From a virus, in the IMG/VR virus record IMGVR_UViG_3300017977_000066, positions 90,897-154,896 of that record: DNA of 64,000 nucleotides, one strand, 5' to 3'. Numbering within the stretch: position 1 is the first letter of the stretch; the number at the start of each line of letters is the position of its first letter. The position numbers and the translations under genes are program-made. The notes under the pieces are model-generated. The model was not told the origin of the DNA and made no database searches. It was given only the letters and a program-made list of their open reading frames with translations. Shown piece by piece: positions 60,409 through 64,000 of the stretch.

Positions 60409-62061
60409 TTATTTTACATTTTCTATAAGTTCATATAAGCTAGGCATATTGAACATATGTGTACAATACTCGATAGCATTAGTTCTACCATAACTAATGT
60501 CTATATTAAACTTCTTAAAAGAGTCCTTATCAAGATCCCCTATCTTATATATCTCTCTATGAGTAGTTGCTGTAGATATATTAGCAGCCGCTGTAGCACT
60601 AGGATATGCGGATGTAATATCTAAGTCATATATAAGAGTTCTTATGTTAGTATTTATGTTGGTAAGTTCGCCATCTACTTTTATATATTTATTTTTACTA
60701 TCTTCTATATAATGGCTTATAAGAGTTATAACCCAACCATCTAATCCTAGTATCTTATCATTCTCATTAGAGTAAGCTTTAACGCCTAAGACTTTCTTAT
60801 GTTCCAGGTAGAATATAAACATAGCGTCTACGATCTTACGAGGACCTGAGTTAAATACATCACTATGACTGATGCCTGATAATAAAGGCAATGAGATGGA
60901 TAGATCGTTGGTCTTCATCTCCATAGCGAATAGTGACATAACATCCCATATATTATAGATAATATATTCTAATGGTTTACTCTTAACCATCATGATATGC
61001 CACTCTAGCCCTCTGTATTTTTCATCTACAGTATCATCGAATTTTAGCTTACCACTGATGCCTTCTTTTTTTAAGATATTATCTAGACTATAACCACCTG
61101 GTGTAGTAGCGGTACCAACCCTTATGAATCTATGAGCTGCCATAGCATCCAATATGGTATAGTTAGCAGTACACTTAATGGTGTTCCAGATATCTTCTGG
61201 ACTTAGACTCATCTCTCTACCAGCTTCAGTTATCTTCTTAGCTCTCCCCTCTCTAAATTCAAAATACTTATACTCTTCTGGTATCTCATCATAGTGAAAT
61301 ATGGAAGCAGGATCTACTTGTCTCTCTTGTAGCTTATCTAAGATCTCTGTTATATCATACTTAACATTCCATGCTGCTAATGTATCTATATCCGAGTAGT
61401 TAGCTGTTTGGAATATGAATCTTATCATATCTATCTCATCATCGAAGAACTTAAGTTCTAACTTAACATTGTTCTTGAGTGACTCTCCATCATCAGGTAC
61501 ATATCTAGTATAGAGTTCTTGTAGTCTATCCTTATTAAGCTTAGTATCATCTACGAAGCTTTTTAAGATAGCTGTTACAACTTTACCTTTAGTGATAAGA
61601 GAGATAAGTATGATATCATTCTTTAAGGTATCTACTTCTATATCGAAGAACCCTATCCTATCTGGAGATGGATCTCTGTTTAGTTTTTTATTATAGACAT
61701 GCTTCAAGATGGTTCTAGAGTCAGTATCTAGTCCATATACATATGGAGACTCTTTTATCCGTCTTGGATCTGTTATACCTATATACCTAGAGCCTAGTCT
61801 TCTAGATACACTCTTATAAAGAGAGCTCTGAGTAGAAGTGAACATATCTACTCTATTTAAGTCTTCATACTCTAGCTTATCTATATATTTCTGATAGATA
61901 GGTTTGGTAACCCAGAAGGGCCTTTTAAAGTCTTTTATAACTCTGATGTTATCCTCATAAACACCATCTTTATATTTTACTTCTTTTACTATATGAATAT
62001 CATCCCCTACCTCTCTAAATGAGAAGTAATTCACTATCTTAGCTTCTACTTGTTCTCCCAT
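60409..62061 (-). CDS. B-family DNA polymerase, exonuclease plus motif A half (phiKZ gp82-like)
   Basis: ExoI FFDIE, ExoII AWNVKYD, ExoIII YNIWD, motif A DLDITSAYPS. Confidence 0.9.
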   Translation of the reverse strand: MGEQVEAKIVNYFSFREVGDDIHIVKEVKYKDGVYEDNIRVIKDFKRPFWVTKPIYQKYIDKLEYEDLNRVDMFTSTQSSLYKSVSRRLGSRYIGITDPRRIKESPYVYGLDTDSRTILKHVYNKKLNRDPSPDRIGFFDIEVDTLKNDIILISLITKGKVVTAILKSFVDDTKLNKDRLQELYTRYVPDDGESLKNNVKLELKFFDDEIDMIRFIFQTANYSDIDTLAAWNVKYDITEILDKLQERQVDPASIFHYDEIPEEYKYFEFREGRAKKITEAGREMSLSPEDIWNTIKCTANYTILDAMAAHRFIRVGTATTPGGYSLDNILKKEGISGKLKFDDTVDEKYRGLEWHIMMVKSKPLEYIIYNIWDVMSLFAMEMKTNDLSISLPLLSGISHSDVFNSGPRKIVDAMFIFYLEHKKVLGVKAYSNENDKILGLDGWVITLISHYIEDSKNKYIKVDGELTNINTNIRTLIYDLDITSAYPSATAAANISTATTHREIYKIGDLDKDSFKKFNIDISYGRTNAIEYCTHMFNMPSLYELIENVK

Positions 62062-62158
62062 AATACTGCTCCTTATGCAATTAATCTCAAATATGTAAAA
62101 AAAGAGCTAATGTTAATTTGAACATATGAGTACATAAATTAAATAACAAGGATAAGAT

Positions 62159-62905
62159 ATGGCGATCAGCAATATTTCTATACGATCCATAAGCCTGCCT
62201 AATGGTAAGGAGATAGGGTCTACTAGCTATCAAGTATCTAGTAGTGGTCTATTTGAAACAGATGACATCATCATCGATATCGAGAATGATACAGAGAATA
62301 TATATAGTAAATCTTTCGATTTAGATTACACTACATTTGCAGTGTACTATGCTAGGATAAAACTAAACTTCACTGATGGTAGTTTCTATGGTTGGACTAA
62401 GCCTATCATGCTTACTAAAGATGGTGATAGCTATAGTTATAATAATACCATTATAGTAACACCAGAGTTAACTATAGATAGCGATGTTAACAATTGTGAG
62501 TTAGGAGGGTTCAAGATCTATGGTAGTGAGTTTAAAGTTTTTGATGGAGGTAGTTTACATAAATATACAGATTGGAAAATAAAGGATGCACTTGGTGACG
62601 TAGTCTTCATGTCTGAAAAAGATAAAGATAACTTAACTAGCATCAGGATGCCCCATGGTAAGTTTACTCCTAATGGTATCTACCTTATAGAGGCTAGTTA
62701 TGTTAGTAGTGATAACAACAGAAGTAATGTTGGTAGATTATACCTTAAAACATCTGGTATAGCTCTAGATGAAACTGTAGTTGGATATGATGATACTACT
62801 AGAGCAGTAGGCTATGGTGACGACTTGATGCAAGCTTACAATAGCTTGTTACAACAATATGTCAACCACCTAGCTCTAGAAGATCAAAGATGTAGTCAAA
62901 AATAA
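62159..62905 (+). CDS. Virion protein with FN3/Ig-like repeats
   Basis: STSYQVS..F, YYARIK...GWT, HKYTDWKI; paralog of 43757..44674. Confidence 0.65.
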   Translation: MAISNISIRSISLPNGKEIGSTSYQVSSSGLFETDDIIIDIENDTENIYSKSFDLDYTTFAVYYARIKLNFTDGSFYGWTKPIMLTKDGDSYSYNNTIIVTPELTIDSDVNNCELGGFKIYGSEFKVFDGGSLHKYTDWKIKDALGDVVFMSEKDKDNLTSIRMPHGKFTPNGIYLIEASYVSSDNNRSNVGRLYLKTSGIALDETVVGYDDTTRAVGYGDDLMQAYNSLLQQYVNHLALEDQRCSQK

Positions 62906-62925
62906 AAAAAAAAAGGAAAGAAACT

Positions 62926-63810
62926 ATGAAATTAGATTATGAAATATCGGATTTTACTCTAAGAAATTTACTAGGCCAGTTTAATGCAATTTTTGGTCCT
63001 GATAATATCGGTATAACTTATAGTGTTATGGATGCTGATGGTAATACTTCTACTGTAGATGTCGATAGTTGGAAGAAAATAAAGAGTGAGGTTAGAACTG
63101 ATTTAGAGCCTTTGGCTAATATAAACGCCATGTTGTTAAACTATATTAGCTTCACAGATAATATAGCTACTATAAGTGGTACTATAGACGAAACTAAAAT
63201 TGGTGATAATAAATTAGTACTTGGAAAAGATACTAAAGGTATTTATACTAAAAATCAATATGGTGGTATGGTTAAAAGCTTAGACAGTGGTACTATAGCT
63301 GATGAGTTTTTAAAGTTATTGAAAAATGGTGAGCAGATAATTTTTGGTAACGGTATTCCTTTAAATACTGTTGGTACTGATGATGCTTTATACATAGACA
63401 TCGGTGGTAGAAATATACTATATAAGAAAAATGGTTCATGGGTTAGCATCATAGTAGTTATGAATAAAACTGAAACCCCTATAGTATCTGGTGTTACAGA
63501 TATACTAGAACTGGATACTAAAACATTTAATATAACTAACTTCGACAACACTATCACATATGATGTTTATGTAACATCTGGAGAGGCTACCGTTAACATA
63601 AATGATGGTACCATAACATATATAGCTGGAAGTGTTAATAGTGACTATTCTGCAAGATTAGAGATAACCGGTATTAAAGAAGGGTTATTAAGAAGTGAGG
63701 TGGGTGTATATAATTTTACTGTTAACAACATCCCTACAGATGTAGATGATGCTATCATTGATAATGCTTTTAGTTCTAATGCCGATATTAGTACTGGTAT
63801 ACAATTTTAA
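62926..63810 (+). CDS. Putative tail fibre/receptor-binding protein
   Basis: GNGIPLNTVGTDDALYID...LYKKNGSW fibre motif; C-terminal Ig-like domain. Confidence 0.6.
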   Translation: MKLDYEISDFTLRNLLGQFNAIFGPDNIGITYSVMDADGNTSTVDVDSWKKIKSEVRTDLEPLANINAMLLNYISFTDNIATISGTIDETKIGDNKLVLGKDTKGIYTKNQYGGMVKSLDSGTIADEFLKLLKNGEQIIFGNGIPLNTVGTDDALYIDIGGRNILYKKNGSWVSIIVVMNKTETPIVSGVTDILELDTKTFNITNFDNTITYDVYVTSGEATVNINDGTITYIAGSVNSDYSARLEITGIKEGLLRSEVGVYNFTVNNIPTDVDDAIIDNAFSSNADISTGIQF

Positions 63811-63825
63811 TATAGGAAATAAAAA

Positions 63826-64000
63826 ATGAAAAGTTTAATAAATGGTTCTAATTTTATAGAAAAAAGTGTTGTGCAAAATAGTGGTGAAACTGATTGGTTA
63901 GATTATATGGCTACTACATTACCATATAGACCTGAGAGTATAAAAGTAGATGCTAATAGCAGCTCTACTAGTCTAATATATAAAAATGACAACGCTACTG
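63826..64000 (+). CDS. Partial CDS running off the window (MKSLINGSNF...)
   Basis: SD AGGA, open to end. Confidence 0.6.
   Translation, partial: MKSLINGSNFIEKSVVQNSGETDWLDYMATTLPYRPESIKVDANSSSTSLIYKNDNAT

Noticed and set aside
1289-62061. Split DNA polymerase and split RNAP subunits as a novelty
   Set aside because: These are established features of phiKZ-like phages
128-63557. Numerous short antisense or overlapping ORFs in the six-frame track (e.g. 6754..7218, 15844..16323, 30873..31277)
   Set aside because: They are shadows of real genes: S/L/I-rich, no SD, explained by sense-strand codon bias
1-64000. Stop-codon reassignment (alternative genetic code)
   Set aside because: Conserved genes are full length in code 11, and TAA, TAG and TGA all end genes

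Overview
This is an AT-rich (~30% GC by eye), gene-dense segment of a phiKZ-like jumbo phage (Chimalliviridae-type). It carries both halves of the split B-family DNA polymerase and four non-virion RNA polymerase (nvRNAP) subunit genes, one interrupted by a group I intron. It also carries a virion RNAP beta'-middle subunit, PicA/Imp1- and ChmC-like candidates, an SbcD nuclease, SF2 and DnaB helicases, the major capsid protein, inner-head proteins and baseplate/fibre proteins. phiKZ gene numbers are assigned from remembered motifs and gene order, not from a database search. I saw no chimallin, tRNA, rRNA or CRISPR array. The main observations are: (1) a probable programmed -1 frameshift (U UUU UUU with an upstream SD-like stimulator) joining a T4 gp26/gp51-like chaperone pair; (2) a 628-nt group I intron with a predicted C.A splice-site pair and the relic of a homing-endonuclease expression cassette; (3) a ~340-nt multi-hairpin non-coding tract with anti-Shine-Dalgarno-like loops; (4) 13 early promoters, most followed by a covarying 5' hairpin; (5) a candidate TTTGA late promoter; (6) loop-less perfect palindromes and strong AATT avoidance.
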